Shown here: in pieces, positions 35,307 through 45,190 of the stretch
Layout: each line of letters begins with the position of its first letter
Position numbering within the stretch: position 1 is the first letter of the stretch
IMG/VR virus record: IMGVR_UViG_3300033486_000003
Location: 1 to 51,424 of that record
Direction: 5' to 3' (one strand)
From: a virus
Lineage: Duplodnaviria > Caudoviricetes
Length of the DNA stretch: 51,424 bases
Translations under genes and position numbers: made by a program
Notes under the pieces: generated by a model
What the model saw: the letters and a program-made list of their open reading frames with translations, nothing else
What the model was told of the DNA's origin: nothing
Databases searched by the model: none

Positions 35307-36958
35307 TATTTACCACCCATGTATTCGTAGAGCTTTTTGATATTAGCGTCTGTCACCGGCTGGCCGGACTTCTTAACGGCTGCGGCAAGATCATCAATCA
35401 TGTCTGTCGGGACACCCTCTATTTGAGTTTTTACGGCTGGACGTTCGCCTGAGAAGAACCACGCACCTGGATCGCTAACAACCTTTATCGTTAACCTGTC
35501 CACAATATCAGAAATGTCTTTATCGGTTGGCGCTTTTCCGGTTTGCGTTTGGAATGCTGTCATTTCTTGTTCTACTCTACCGTAGAACTCTCTTACTTTG
35601 TCGCCGCTGCTTCCTGATTTTGTGAGGTCTTTTGGGTCGAGACCGGCGGCACTAGCTCCCTGTTGAAGTATCTGGGTTTTCGTTCTTGCAAGCTGAACGG
35701 CTTCTGGCTTCGTCTGCATCTGCATGAGTTCGTGAAGCCGGGTATCTTCAATGATTCCAACGTAGGCATCCAGCGGTTCACGCTTAAATCCGACCGGGTC
35801 GGATATTGCTGCTTGGCGGAGCTTGTAATAAATGGCCGCCGATTTTGCGGAGTCTGGTTTTATTTCTCGATTGTTGATGGTCGAGATCAGCCCAAGCGCC
35901 CGTATCTGATCGTCCCCCTTCAGCTTGTTCCATACGGTGTCTTTGATGGAGTCGCGATTCGCGCCCGCCGCAATCTGTTTTGATACCATTTCCCATGCGG
36001 CATCGTGGCCTTCGTTTTTGGCCTTTTCGATTTCCGTGTAACGCTGGTTTAGGCGCTGAACTACTTGGTCCTGCTGCTCCCCAGTGTAACGGGTTCTGGC
36101 TTCTCTCTTGGCGTCTTGTTCCGACAACCCAAGGCCCATTATCTCTTCGGCTCCGCGCTGCGCTACGATGCGATCACCGCTCGTCTTGATAAGCTTTTCC
36201 ATGGCGTCGGCGGTATCAACGTCAATTTCTTTTCGATGAGTCGTGAGCCAGAGTTTTGCATACTCCGGGTTGTTTGAGTCAACCGCCTGCTCGATTGTGG
36301 CACGATGGATCTTGCTGGCCTGCTGCATGTAGGCGACATCTTTCGCTTCGCCGGTGATACCGTTGGAATCGGCGTAGGTATTCACCGCGCCCTTTACTCT
36401 GGCCAAGGATGCAAGCACGTCACTTGGACTATTCCACTTCATGGCGGCGATGTTGGCTTCAACGGAACTTGTCGCTTTCAGCTGCTGGTCTTGATAAACG
36501 CCTTCTTCTTTCTGGACGTGGGCAAGGATGTCTTGTTGAAAGGCTAGTCTGTCTATATCGGTTCGCTGTTTCAGTAGCTGGCGCTGATCTTCATCGTCGA
36601 GACTGGCAGCGATTTCAGACACGGCGTCATCATAGGATTTCGTCCAGTCTTTCAGAATGGGGCGCTGAACGGCATCTCCGCTTTGCAATCTTGTGAATCC
36701 GTTGCCACCAGTTGTTTCGTCACCTATTGTTAAATCCAGTCGCTTTTGGCGCACTTTATTAAATGCGTCTTCGACCTTGAGCTTTCCGATTCGCGCCTTC
36801 TCTTGCTCAAAGGCGGCGTGAATCTCACTGGCTCCGCTGGCGATATCTTGGCCAAGTCCAGCAATAGCTCCGCTCATCCGATCTTGCGGGGCGCTTACAA
36901 TCCCTCCGCGAGATACCGGAATCGGTAGGACTTGGGCTTCTCCTGGGAGTTTTGGCAT
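35306..36958 (-). CDS. Internal virion protein (gp15-like position)
   Basis: 550-aa helical protein; synteny. Confidence 0.65.
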   Translation of the reverse strand: MPKLPGEAQVLPIPVSRGGIVSAPQDRMSGAIAGLGQDIASGASEIHAAFEQEKARIGKLKVEDAFNKVRQKRLDLTIGDETTGGNGFTRLQSGDAVQRPILKDWTKSYDDAVSEIAASLDDEDQRQLLKQRTDIDRLAFQQDILAHVQKEEGVYQDQQLKATSSVEANIAAMKWNSPSDVLASLARVKGAVNTYADSNGITGEAKDVAYMQQASKIHRATIEQAVDSNNPEYAKLWLTTHRKEIDVDTADAMEKLIKTSGDRIVAQRGAEEIMGLGLSEQDAKREARTRYTGEQQDQVVQRLNQRYTEIEKAKNEGHDAAWEMVSKQIAAGANRDSIKDTVWNKLKGDDQIRALGLISTINNREIKPDSAKSAAIYYKLRQAAISDPVGFKREPLDAYVGIIEDTRLHELMQMQTKPEAVQLARTKTQILQQGASAAGLDPKDLTKSGSSGDKVREFYGRVEQEMTAFQTQTGKAPTDKDISDIVDRLTIKVVSDPGAWFFSGERPAVKTQIEGVPTDMIDDLAAAVKKSGQPVTDANIKKLYEYMGGK

Positions 36959-37428
36959 TATTGTTTCATTCCGAACTTGGAATACATCGAAGCGCCACCA
37001 CCGATAACAGTTCCCAGCGCTTGGATTTGACTGGCTTTTTTAGCTTCTTCTCCTCCGGCACGAGTAACATCGGCCTGAGTTCTAAGCTGTTCGGCTTCCG
37101 TCTTTCCTTCGTACAATGAAACCATTTTTCGATAGTTGGTTTCTGCTGCAAGATTTCCCATTAGATTTACAATGGTAGGATCAGAGGCACCACCTCCAGA
37201 CGATGCTGCAATAGCCAAAGCACGAGATTGTTGGAGTTGTCCTTGACGCTCTTCTTCAAGTGCTGAACGCTGGCTTGTGGCAAGAGTCTGCCCAGCCTTT
37301 TTCTCCAGTTGAGCAGCTTCAAAATCGGCGGATTCCTTAGCTTTTCTACCGGCGCGAAGCTGACCGTACCCCTGAAGGGCTGTACCTGCGGCCATGGCCG
37401 CCATAGTTAGGGTTGCTGGATCAGCCAT
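36958..37428 (-). CDS. Internal virion protein (gp14-like)
   Basis: Ala/Gly/Gln-rich with hydrophobic termini; synteny. Confidence 0.65.
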   Translation of the reverse strand: MADPATLTMAAMAAGTALQGYGQLRAGRKAKESADFEAAQLEKKAGQTLATSQRSALEEERQGQLQQSRALAIAASSGGGASDPTIVNLMGNLAAETNYRKMVSLYEGKTEAEQLRTQADVTRAGGEEAKKASQIQALGTVIGGGASMYSKFGMKQ

Positions 37429-37748
37429 AAATCACCCTTGATGTTGACGAATCCAAGATGCGCAAGGAATCTGGGGGCGGCTTCAATCTTCATGTCACAG
37501 TTGGCAAAAATGGGCCCTTCGATTTTACCAAGAAACTCCCTTACCGATTTAAGGAGAATCTTAGGGTTTGATCTCATGCGATCTGACAGACGCAAAAACG
37601 CAACAGTGTTTCCGCATGACTTGTAAATTCCACCAATACCTATCACTTGATCGTCTTCAACCGCCGAAACAGCCCTTACCGTTACTCCGTGAGTAGCGCC
37701 GTACATGGCCTTAATGTGTTCTGCTGTGGCTGGAACTACCTTGATCAT
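37407..37748 (-). CDS. GNAT-like virion assembly protein (T7 gp13-like position)
   Basis: MIKVVPATAEHI...RFLAHLGF; synteny. Confidence 0.6.
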   Translation of the reverse strand: MIKVVPATAEHIKAMYGATHGVTVRAVSAVEDDQVIGIGGIYKSCGNTVAFLRLSDRMRSNPKILLKSVREFLGKIEGPIFANCDMKIEAAPRFLAHLGFVNIKGDLWLIQQP

Positions 37749-40651
37749 CGCGCCACCTTGATGTCTGGGATTGCCGCCATAACAGTGCACGGGCGAGGGG
37801 CTTGCGCCTGTAGGCAGATTCTCGAATCGACCGCCCATCTGCCGGGAAACTCGATAGCGGTCTCTGCGTAAGTGGTGTGAATTGTACCAGACGTAACCAG
37901 TTTCCCGGATTCAATATCAGGCATGGAATCGAGCGTTGAGAAGTCCGGGCCAAATCTTAACCCCTTGGCGTGAGTGTTCGCCAATATCAAACCGATCTTG
38001 GCAACGCGCTTGTCCTGATCGAAGGCTTCGACGACTGCGTCCGCCTGGCTGGCAAGTTTTGAACTCTTCCACTGTGCGGTATAGGGCAAGCCAACTACAA
38101 CGTTCGTATAGGCCGCAGGAAGAACTATCTGCCCGCCGCTTACCGTATATGTCTGCGCGTAGCTGCTCGTTGTGCCGAGGTCTGCACCGTTGGCCCAAAC
38201 AACCACGGACTTGCCTTCAAGGTGAGACAATCCAGTAATGGTAGTCGTCGCCGCTCCGGTGTAGGTGATGAAACTATCGGCCTGTTTATTTAGAACTCCG
38301 CCCGCGCACTCGGTATCAAGAGCCCATTTCTCTAAGTACCGAACCGTCGAACCGCTGATAGTGCGTCTTACAACATAATAAACGCGATCTTCCGCCCCTG
38401 TTCCAGGAAGAACAACAACATCTTCAATAAAACCGTCTGTCGTTATATCAACCCACGCTAAAACATCTTCGGCACGATCAAAAACAGCAAGTGCCACGGT
38501 GCCATCAGAACGGACACAATGAATACGCGTATCCGGTTGGCGTTGTGCTGCCATCCGTATAATACCTGGACTCCCTATTTCTGGAATAAGAGTTGTTATA
38601 TCTACCGATCCATAGTCATACGAATTTCCATCAAAAGAAAGTTCATAAATTCTGCTTCCACCGCGTTGTACATATATACCATGTTGATCTATTTGAATAG
38701 CATCAACGGTAGCAGAACCTTGTGTAGATGAAGGTCTTATTGCAAATGCAGTTGGAGTTAATGGTTCATCAAGAGAGGAGGCGCGGCATGAATATTCTGC
38801 CGCCTGGCCTCCGATTATTAATCGTTGAAGAGATAGCAACCAATTAACGCTATCAACAGTTTTTCCGCCAATAGTTCTATTTATTGGGCCTGCATCACCA
38901 ATATAATCAGGATCGAATCCATAGTAATCATCTGATATTGATCCTACGATTCTTTCCTTCCCTGCCCACCACAATCGACCATCATGAAACGCTACAGATG
39001 ACGGCCATCCTCTCCTAGAGGACCATAATCCCTCGGCCCATGTATTCGTCGCAGAATAATTACCGAGAGTTTTAACGACAATCCCAGTAACCGAAGTGGT
39101 AGAACCATACGCCGTAACCATTACAACGCCGGTCTTGCTTCCAGTTCCTACACTTAACTCCACTGATGAAGAACCCGAGAAATAGTTACCAGCTTTAACT
39201 CCGATTCTGTACCAGACGATCTGATTCGTTAAAGCATCGTTGTAATTCTCTGACGCATCGGAAATCCATGTCTTGCCCGAAACATCTGACCATGGACCAA
39301 ATTCTGAATCATAAGATATTTGCAATGTTTTTGTTGCTGCTCTAATTCCTATCTTTCCTCCAGATGTATACGCATGAACAAATGTAGACCCTTGTAGATC
39401 TAATGTATCGTTTGTTATTTTTGTGATAACCCATGTTCCATTCGCTTCAGTAGTTCCTCCGACGTCTGAAACAACGGCTGTATCGCCAGTAGTCCTTCCG
39501 TGTGAAATTGCAGTAATCCGTATTAGCCCAACACCATTATTGGCAGCTCCGGTTACATTGACTCTGTTTGGCGCATCCAGTGCAGAGATTGAAATTATTC
39601 TTGAATCTCCGGTCCCCGTAACTTGAATTGCGTCTGTAAAAAAATCCCCTGTCGCTATGATCTCTCTAACAGTCTGCCCAATTGATGAAATCCTAAATAA
39701 TGAGCCGACGTTTGTTGATTTGAAATATGGTTTTGACGATCCAAGCGTAACACTACCCGATACGAAGCTGGGTATAAGAGTTATTGGTGAAGTGTTCTCG
39801 ATTAGAAAAGGCCCATCATCTGGAAGATAATCAACGATTGACCATGATGTCGATGATCTCCTTTCTATCTTTTGTTGGCGATAGTTTTCTCCGGCAACAA
39901 ATATAATGTCTCCGGATTGATCAAAACTTAATCCAGAAAGTTCGGTCTCCGACCACGGAGTAGATATAGTCATTATTCCAGACGATTCGATCTGGCACGA
40001 CTCTACTGTTACTGGGATTTTCAGGTTATTCATGAACCTGATGTTAAAATTTCCCGTAGGCGTAAACGAAAGAGAATGATAACCGGTTCCTAGCTGCGTT
40101 TCTGATATATAATCATCGCCACCAGTGGTTGACCCAACTTTTAATATTACAGGTCCGAAAGTTATTCTTATTCTAAGAGCATGAGCAACTCCTCGATCAG
40201 CGATTGAGACGGAAACGGTTTGATCACGAATTGCATAATTATTGTTGTTTCCGGTAAGTCTCATTCCAGACGACCATTCTGATAATGCCCCGGCCTCGTC
40301 GTTATCTGTCCAATTATTTAATGGATTACTCATTCCTCCGTTAAGAACGGAAGTAGACACGGATGGTCTAGTTATCAATGAATCACTAACGACGACTCGC
40401 ATTAAATACGAAGTTAATTCAATAAGCGCCACATCGTTTGTAGAAAATACAAATCTCAAATAACGGGCGGCAGAATTGTTGTGCGTCGAGTGAAGATATT
40501 GCATCCCTGGACGTAATGACATCGGCCCCATGATTCTAGGAATCCAATTCGTCATTGTCTCAGCAGATAAGGAGACTCGCTTCTGATCCGTTCGGGCGAG
40601 TGATAGAGAAGACACTTTTCCACGGTTGAAGCTATAAAGCGCCTGCTTCAT
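37745..40651 (-). CDS. Tail tubular protein B (nozzle)
   Basis: SFNRGKVS...RPG, QSGDIIFV, WPSSVAFHDGRLWW, VGLPYTA; start MKQALY at 40651. Confidence 0.85.
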   Translation of the reverse strand: MKQALYSFNRGKVSSLSLARTDQKRVSLSAETMTNWIPRIMGPMSLRPGMQYLHSTHNNSAARYLRFVFSTNDVALIELTSYLMRVVVSDSLITRPSVSTSVLNGGMSNPLNNWTDNDEAGALSEWSSGMRLTGNNNNYAIRDQTVSVSIADRGVAHALRIRITFGPVILKVGSTTGGDDYISETQLGTGYHSLSFTPTGNFNIRFMNNLKIPVTVESCQIESSGIMTISTPWSETELSGLSFDQSGDIIFVAGENYRQQKIERRSSTSWSIVDYLPDDGPFLIENTSPITLIPSFVSGSVTLGSSKPYFKSTNVGSLFRISSIGQTVREIIATGDFFTDAIQVTGTGDSRIISISALDAPNRVNVTGAANNGVGLIRITAISHGRTTGDTAVVSDVGGTTEANGTWVITKITNDTLDLQGSTFVHAYTSGGKIGIRAATKTLQISYDSEFGPWSDVSGKTWISDASENYNDALTNQIVWYRIGVKAGNYFSGSSSVELSVGTGSKTGVVMVTAYGSTTSVTGIVVKTLGNYSATNTWAEGLWSSRRGWPSSVAFHDGRLWWAGKERIVGSISDDYYGFDPDYIGDAGPINRTIGGKTVDSVNWLLSLQRLIIGGQAAEYSCRASSLDEPLTPTAFAIRPSSTQGSATVDAIQIDQHGIYVQRGGSRIYELSFDGNSYDYGSVDITTLIPEIGSPGIIRMAAQRQPDTRIHCVRSDGTVALAVFDRAEDVLAWVDITTDGFIEDVVVLPGTGAEDRVYYVVRRTISGSTVRYLEKWALDTECAGGVLNKQADSFITYTGAATTTITGLSHLEGKSVVVWANGADLGTTSSYAQTYTVSGGQIVLPAAYTNVVVGLPYTAQWKSSKLASQADAVVEAFDQDKRVAKIGLILANTHAKGLRFGPDFSTLDSMPDIESGKLVTSGTIHTTYAETAIEFPGRWAVDSRICLQAQAPRPCTVMAAIPDIKVAR

Positions 40652-41292
40652 CCTATAAGGCTCCCGCCACGATTGCCTCCATCTCGCTTGCCTGGGTATC
40701 TTTGCCTTGCAATAGACCAAGAACCTTGGGCTGGAAAACTTGTAGGTAGTGCCATAGCAGCACGGTTTCTCGCAGTCTTTAGATGTGTTTCTCTAAGAGC
40801 CAATGAGGCTCTAAGCATGTCAGAACCGCCAATCTTCATTGAAACCTTAGCGGCTAGATGAGCTGCAACAAAATCACAGAACGAGATGGGCCAAGCATTA
40901 AGATTACCTCCATAACTGGCATCATTCGAGACATAGCGGACATAGATAATCTCTTCATCTGCATACCACAAACCGGCCTCGTCTGAATATTGTGTTAACG
41001 GAACCCTGAAATATTCATCAGAACAAAGTGCGGAGGTAAGTATCCAGTCAGAGGGCTTTGTAAACACCCGTCTATAACCAAAGCCTGGGGCATAGCCAGG
41101 GTCATAATCAATCTGAACAGTGCGCATAGCAAAGTGCCACTGTGCTTGTTCTAGGCAGTTGTCTACAGCACCGCCGTCATAGGCAGTGTCAAGAAGATGG
41201 CGCGGCTCTCTATCCTCGGTCAATGAAGATAAAGCGCGCTCACCAATCATGGTGAGCGCCTCGTTGTAGAGCCTTAGCTTTGTGGTTCCCAC
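40648..41292 (-). CDS. Tail tubular protein A (adaptor)
   Basis: NEALTMIGE...WHFA...P.D...YVRYV...F.DFVAAHLA. Confidence 0.8.
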   Translation of the reverse strand: MGTTKLRLYNEALTMIGERALSSLTEDREPRHLLDTAYDGGAVDNCLEQAQWHFAMRTVQIDYDPGYAPGFGYRRVFTKPSDWILTSALCSDEYFRVPLTQYSDEAGLWYADEEIIYVRYVSNDASYGGNLNAWPISFCDFVAAHLAAKVSMKIGGSDMLRASLALRETHLKTARNRAAMALPTSFPAQGSWSIARQRYPGKRDGGNRGGSLIG

Positions 41293-41751
41293 TTACGCGA
41301 CACGGCGCTCATGGTCATTCATCCATGCAACCGCCTCATCCTTGGTTTCGCATCCTTCCTTGAGTACGGTCTTGTCCTTGGTGCGGAGGATGGTCCATTT
41401 GCGGTGAGGCCCCATGAATTTCACTTCGTGCTGCGGGGTTTTGGACATTGCTTCGGTTGCATTGGTCAATTTGTGATGAGCCAGAACATTGACCTTTGCC
41501 CATGTGCGTTCACAACCAATTACAACGCACTCAGCTAGCCAAGTACCATCGTCGGCGCGGACCTCAATACGGTCGTATGGCTTCAGTTGTGCGGCCATGA
41601 GCGACCAGAACGTGGGATCTTTCAGGTCGTCAACAACGCAACCTTCCGGCGCGTTTGCAACCCAATCCTGTCGGTCGTATTCGGCAAGGCGCATACGGCC
41701 CGGACCTATCACTACCGAACGTTTCTCTTCTTTATTTGCTTCTTCTGCCAT
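41293..41751 (-). CDS. Hypothetical protein in the virion module
   Basis: AGGAGGAG RBS; synteny. Confidence 0.75.
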   Translation of the reverse strand: MAEEANKEEKRSVVIGPGRMRLAEYDRQDWVANAPEGCVVDDLKDPTFWSLMAAQLKPYDRIEVRADDGTWLAECVVIGCERTWAKVNVLAHHKLTNATEAMSKTPQHEVKFMGPHRKWTILRTKDKTVLKEGCETKDEAVAWMNDHERRVA

Positions 41752-41773
41752 GATCTCTCCTCCTGACAGTTAC

Positions 41774-41799
41774 AAAAGCGGCGAGGAATTCCCCGCCGC
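41774..41799 (-). terminator. Intrinsic terminator after the capsid unit
   Basis: GCGGCGGGG-AATT-CCTCGCCGC-TTTT. Confidence 0.7.
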
Positions 41800-41808
41800 A
41801 ATATCACA

Positions 41809-42171
41809 TTAGTTAAATGTGGATGTAACCAAGCTTCCGGTGGACAAGCTGGCACCAGAGGTACTGACGCCAGTAATTGCCCCGTAGAACGTGGTAACGC
41901 TTGAACCCGCAGAGCTGAACTGAACGCCCATCACCATGTCACCGGGGCGCATACCCAGGTAATAGCCGTCTGAGAAGAAGTTCGATGCCGTGAGGTCGGT
42001 TGTTAGATTGGTTGATGCGTAATACCAAACGGAACCCCCCTGATTGTTGGGCGAGTTTGGTGCCGTGGACAGTCCAGTAGTTGCACCAGCGACGCCATAG
42101 AGCGCACCGCCCGCAATGCAACGCGGAGGATTGGCCAATGTTGATGATGCTGTAGAGCCTGAGTAAGCCAT
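41809..42171 (-). CDS. Ser/Thr-rich putative capsid decoration protein
   Basis: About 30% Ser+Thr by manual count; AAGGAG RBS; follows the capsid gene. Confidence 0.65.
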   Translation of the reverse strand: MAYSGSTASSTLANPPRCIAGGALYGVAGATTGLSTAPNSPNNQGGSVWYYASTNLTTDLTASNFFSDGYYLGMRPGDMVMGVQFSSAGSSVTTFYGAITGVSTSGASLSTGSLVTSTFN

Positions 42172-42183
42172 TTGTGTTTCTCC

Positions 42184-42732
42184 TTAAAACTTGTTTGATT
42201 TCGACAGGTTATATTTGCCGTCAATAATCTGAAGGTTGTAGTGAACATGGAGACCGCAAACCATGCGCCCTTGAAGCGGAACGATATGATCAACATGGGC
42301 ATTGATTCCCTTGCTGCGATATTCCGCAACCATCTCATAGGCTCGATCAATCTTTCCATGATCTGCCCACGCGGGAGTAGCGCAAAGTTTTCTCGATCTG
42401 CGCCTAGCCTGTTTAGCTGAGCTGGCCGCCGGATTTTCTTTTGCCCACTTGATGTTCTTTTCCCGAATCTGTTCCCTGTGCGTTGCAGCATAACGACGGT
42501 TTCTCTCATTAGCCTTTTCGCGATTACGCTTCTGCTCTGCCAGCTTTAACACCTTTACAAATTCGGGGTTTGCTTTACGCCAAGCTAATTTATCAAGCCG
42601 TGCGCACTCACAACATGCTCCACTGACGCGACGCATCGCAACATGCCCATGCGGACAAGGTTTTCCGGTGTAGTACCGATTCAACCCTGCCGCGAGAGCC
42701 TGTTGTCTTGTCATCGTTTCCATGTTTTTCAT
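42184..42732 (-). CDS. HNH homing endonuclease
   Basis: RYYTGKPCPHGH...CCEC; HVDHIVPL...GLHV..NLQ...N..KSN. Confidence 0.85.
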   Translation of the reverse strand: MKNMETMTRQQALAAGLNRYYTGKPCPHGHVAMRRVSGACCECARLDKLAWRKANPEFVKVLKLAEQKRNREKANERNRRYAATHREQIREKNIKWAKENPAASSAKQARRRSRKLCATPAWADHGKIDRAYEMVAEYRSKGINAHVDHIVPLQGRMVCGLHVHYNLQIIDGKYNLSKSNKF

Positions 42733-42769
42733 TCTTAAATCACTTCGTCATTTCATAACTAATTGATTA

Positions 42770-43624
42770 TCAAGCATAAGCTGACCCATCAGCAGTTATC
42801 GAAACTATGCCAGTGTTTTGCAACAGCTTCGCGCCCATGTAAGCGCTTGCACGCGCCCATGAATAATCCTGCTCCTCATCGTAGCCGATGGGGGTTTGCA
42901 GACCCGCGGAGTCCATGGCGTGACCGATAGCTGACTTGTGATAAAGGAACGACTTCTCGGAAGAAGTACCTTTACCTGGCAGATTGGGATGAGCAATCAC
43001 AAGGCAGTTTCTCCAGCGATACATCATCGGCTGATCGCGCCAGCTGGCGTTATCGTTACCATTGCCGTATGGCATGTGTGAAGTGTAAACGGCGGTCTTG
43101 GTGAACTCTGGGGCCTGTTCCAGGTACGCGAGGAAGGCGGGCTGACACAGAAGTGTCATGTTGCTATCCCATGGAACGGAAGCGTTCTGGAGCTTGACGA
43201 TACCATTCTGGAACAAACTGACCGATGGAATGGTTGTCGAACTGCCGATTGTCACCGTACCAGTGTTGAGTTCGGTGATGATCTGGTCATCAATCTTGCG
43301 GTTCAGAACAGCCATAGTGGTCATCTGCATGATGGCACGCTGGTTGCCCTGAGACGCAAAAACATTGAAACCAGTCTTGCGCACGAGGTCATGCCATTCT
43401 TGCAGGGTGCAGGTATTCTGGGTGTTGTTGTCAGCGCGGGCTGGAATCTGGCCGTTGACGCCACGGGTTACAGCAGCGGCGCTGTTGGAACCGGCTACCA
43501 GGAATACTGCCTGATTGCCCTTGGTGGTTGCGTCGGTGATAACTGTTTCGCGCAGCAAAGACTGGTGCTGCTCGAACGCCTGAATGAATTCCTGGCGGTA
43601 TTGAATCTGGAAAGCGGTATCCAT
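42770..43624 (-). CDS. Major capsid protein (BPP-1/epsilon15-like)
   Basis: QYRQEF..AFEQ..SLLR.TV, NRKIDD.II, YHKSAIG; follows the scaffold; strong RBS. Confidence 0.85.
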   Translation of the reverse strand: MDTAFQIQYRQEFIQAFEQHQSLLRETVITDATTKGNQAVFLVAGSNSAAAVTRGVNGQIPARADNNTQNTCTLQEWHDLVRKTGFNVFASQGNQRAIMQMTTMAVLNRKIDDQIITELNTGTVTIGSSTTIPSVSLFQNGIVKLQNASVPWDSNMTLLCQPAFLAYLEQAPEFTKTAVYTSHMPYGNGNDNASWRDQPMMYRWRNCLVIAHPNLPGKGTSSEKSFLYHKSAIGHAMDSAGLQTPIGYDEEQDYSWARASAYMGAKLLQNTGIVSITADGSAYA

Positions 43625-43751
43625 TTGGTTTCTCCTGAACGATGAAGTAGTACCATCGCCACGGGATAGCCGTCAGATCATGTAACCAGGGTGGCCCATA
43701 CGGGGGCTGGATTCGACCTTTCGGGGCCGAGCTACTGGTGGTTGCATTACT

Positions 43752-43784
43752 ATATTAGTGATATGTCAATTCAAAATCTTGAAA
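43752..43784 (-). promoter_or_regulatory. Putative late promoter motif TTTCAAGATTTTGAAT-N11-TAATAT
   Basis: Identical 16-mer upstream of terS. Confidence 0.55.
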
Positions 43785-43807
43785 TAATGATTTTGGTGGC
43801 ATACAAT
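43779..43807 (+). promoter_or_regulatory. Sigma70-type promoter upstream of the tRNA
   Basis: TTGAAA-17-TACAAT. Confidence 0.6.
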
Positions 43808-43874
43808 TGAGTTGTCCTATTACCTGGGACTGGTAAGGCGCGGCAGTTGTTTGATGTTGCCGCGCCTTTTTAAT

Positions 43875-43951
43875 GCGCCTGTAGCTTAACTGGATAGAGC
43901 ACCGGAATTCTACTCCGGTGGTTGGTGGTTCGAAGCCATCCGGGCGCACCA
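43875..43951 (+). tRNA. tRNA-Arg(TCT)
   Basis: Cloverleaf: acceptor GCGCCTG/CGGGCGC, anticodon stem CCGGA/TCCGG with loop ATTCTAC, TTCGAAG T-loop, encoded CCA. Confidence 0.9.
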
Positions 43952-43952
43952 C

Positions 43953-44903
43953 TTACGCACGCTGCTGCATCTTTCCTCTCGCCTCAAGCAGCTGCCTGTA
44001 TTCCGCCTGCATCTTCTCGTCCTTGTTGTAAGCCGCTCGATTGGTGCGCATTACGCCCTCGATCTTGGCAATGGCTTCTTCCACTCCCTTCATCGGGTCA
44101 GCACCATTCGCCGGAACCAGCGTACCAGCCGGATTAATCTCAAGAGCCAGCGCCGCCATCCCACGGAGAATATCTGGATGGTTGAAGATCGCTGTGCCGT
44201 CGGCAAGACGCCCGGCCTTGAATGCCTCGCGCACTCCTTCTGGGAACTTCGCCAGAACGCCCTCAATCATATTAACGTTACGCCGGAACCCTGCGCCCCA
44301 TTCCTCATTCAGAACATCAAGCGTCTGGGTTCTCTCGTTTTCGTCGCGCTCCGCCCGTTCATTGGCCTGGCGCTCCTGCTCTTGGTAGTACCATTCGACG
44401 GCTGATTTAACATGCTCTGGCGTCATGTTCTTTTCATGGGCAGCTTTCAGGAATCCGTCAATGATGGGCTTGTCGTCATCCCCAATCACCAGTCCAGAAT
44501 CAAACGTCAGGTCATACTTGTCTGGGGTTTCTGGGATGCCGTTGTCTTTTCGCCACTGGGACAGTTCTTCGGGCTTGGCGTCTTTCGGGAGTGCCGGTTT
44601 CAGTTCACCGGAACGAATGCGATTCTGAGCGGCAACGAGCGCCTCAAAGGCTGCTTCTGGAGAAGCATAGCGCTGGGCCAGCTTTATCAGCTTTTCATCG
44701 CCCTTGGCTACCTTATTCTGCCAGTCTTCCGGCCAGTAACCTTTAGCTGGCTCTGTTTTTGGCGATTCTGTTGGAGTACCTGTTGCCATTGTCGCTGGCG
44801 TTTCTGTTGCTGCTGGAGCTGCCCCACCTTCTGGTACGCCACCATCACCAGTGCCGTCACCGGCCTCGTTGTGATATTTCATGAACCAATTACGATACTT
44901 CAT
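43953..44903 (-). CDS. Capsid scaffolding/assembly protein
   Basis: Acidic; GIPETPDKYDL, EEWG; lies between portal and capsid. Confidence 0.75.
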   Translation of the reverse strand: MKYRNWFMKYHNEAGDGTGDGGVPEGGAAPAATETPATMATGTPTESPKTEPAKGYWPEDWQNKVAKGDEKLIKLAQRYASPEAAFEALVAAQNRIRSGELKPALPKDAKPEELSQWRKDNGIPETPDKYDLTFDSGLVIGDDDKPIIDGFLKAAHEKNMTPEHVKSAVEWYYQEQERQANERAERDENERTQTLDVLNEEWGAGFRRNVNMIEGVLAKFPEGVREAFKAGRLADGTAIFNHPDILRGMAALALEINPAGTLVPANGADPMKGVEEAIAKIEGVMRTNRAAYNKDEKMQAEYRQLLEARGKMQQRA

Positions 44904-45187
44904 TCCTCTCTCCTCCTCATGGAACTGATATTGACGCGCAACATCTTGACGATGCTGTTTCCTACAAATCTTCGACCTTCTGCAAAATCGGAGTTTCGAC
45001 GGCCTTCTTCACCACCAGGGTAAAACGACTGGTCATACGTTCCCGCCGCCCGCTCGATGATCCACTTCAGTACTCGTTTCTGCTGTTCTGGCTCTGCAAC
45101 GCCTTCGGCCATGGCCTGAATCGCGGCGGCGTCTGCTACCTCGTACTCAACTGGGAGCCATGGGCTTATCTGTTCTTTCTTTGCCAT
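44900..45187 (-). CDS. Bbp19-like small head-module protein
   Basis: FAEGRRFVG motif directly after the portal. Confidence 0.65.
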   Translation of the reverse strand: MAKKEQISPWLPVEYEVADAAAIQAMAEGVAEPEQQKRVLKWIIERAAGTYDQSFYPGGEEGRRNSDFAEGRRFVGNSIVKMLRVNISSMRRREE

Positions 45188-45190
45188 GTG

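Noticed and set aside
43875-43951. Amber suppressor tRNA (CTA appears in the loop)
   Set aside because: The 5-bp stem CCGGA/TCCGG centres TCT in the 7-nt loop, and TAG serves as a normal stop in several genes.
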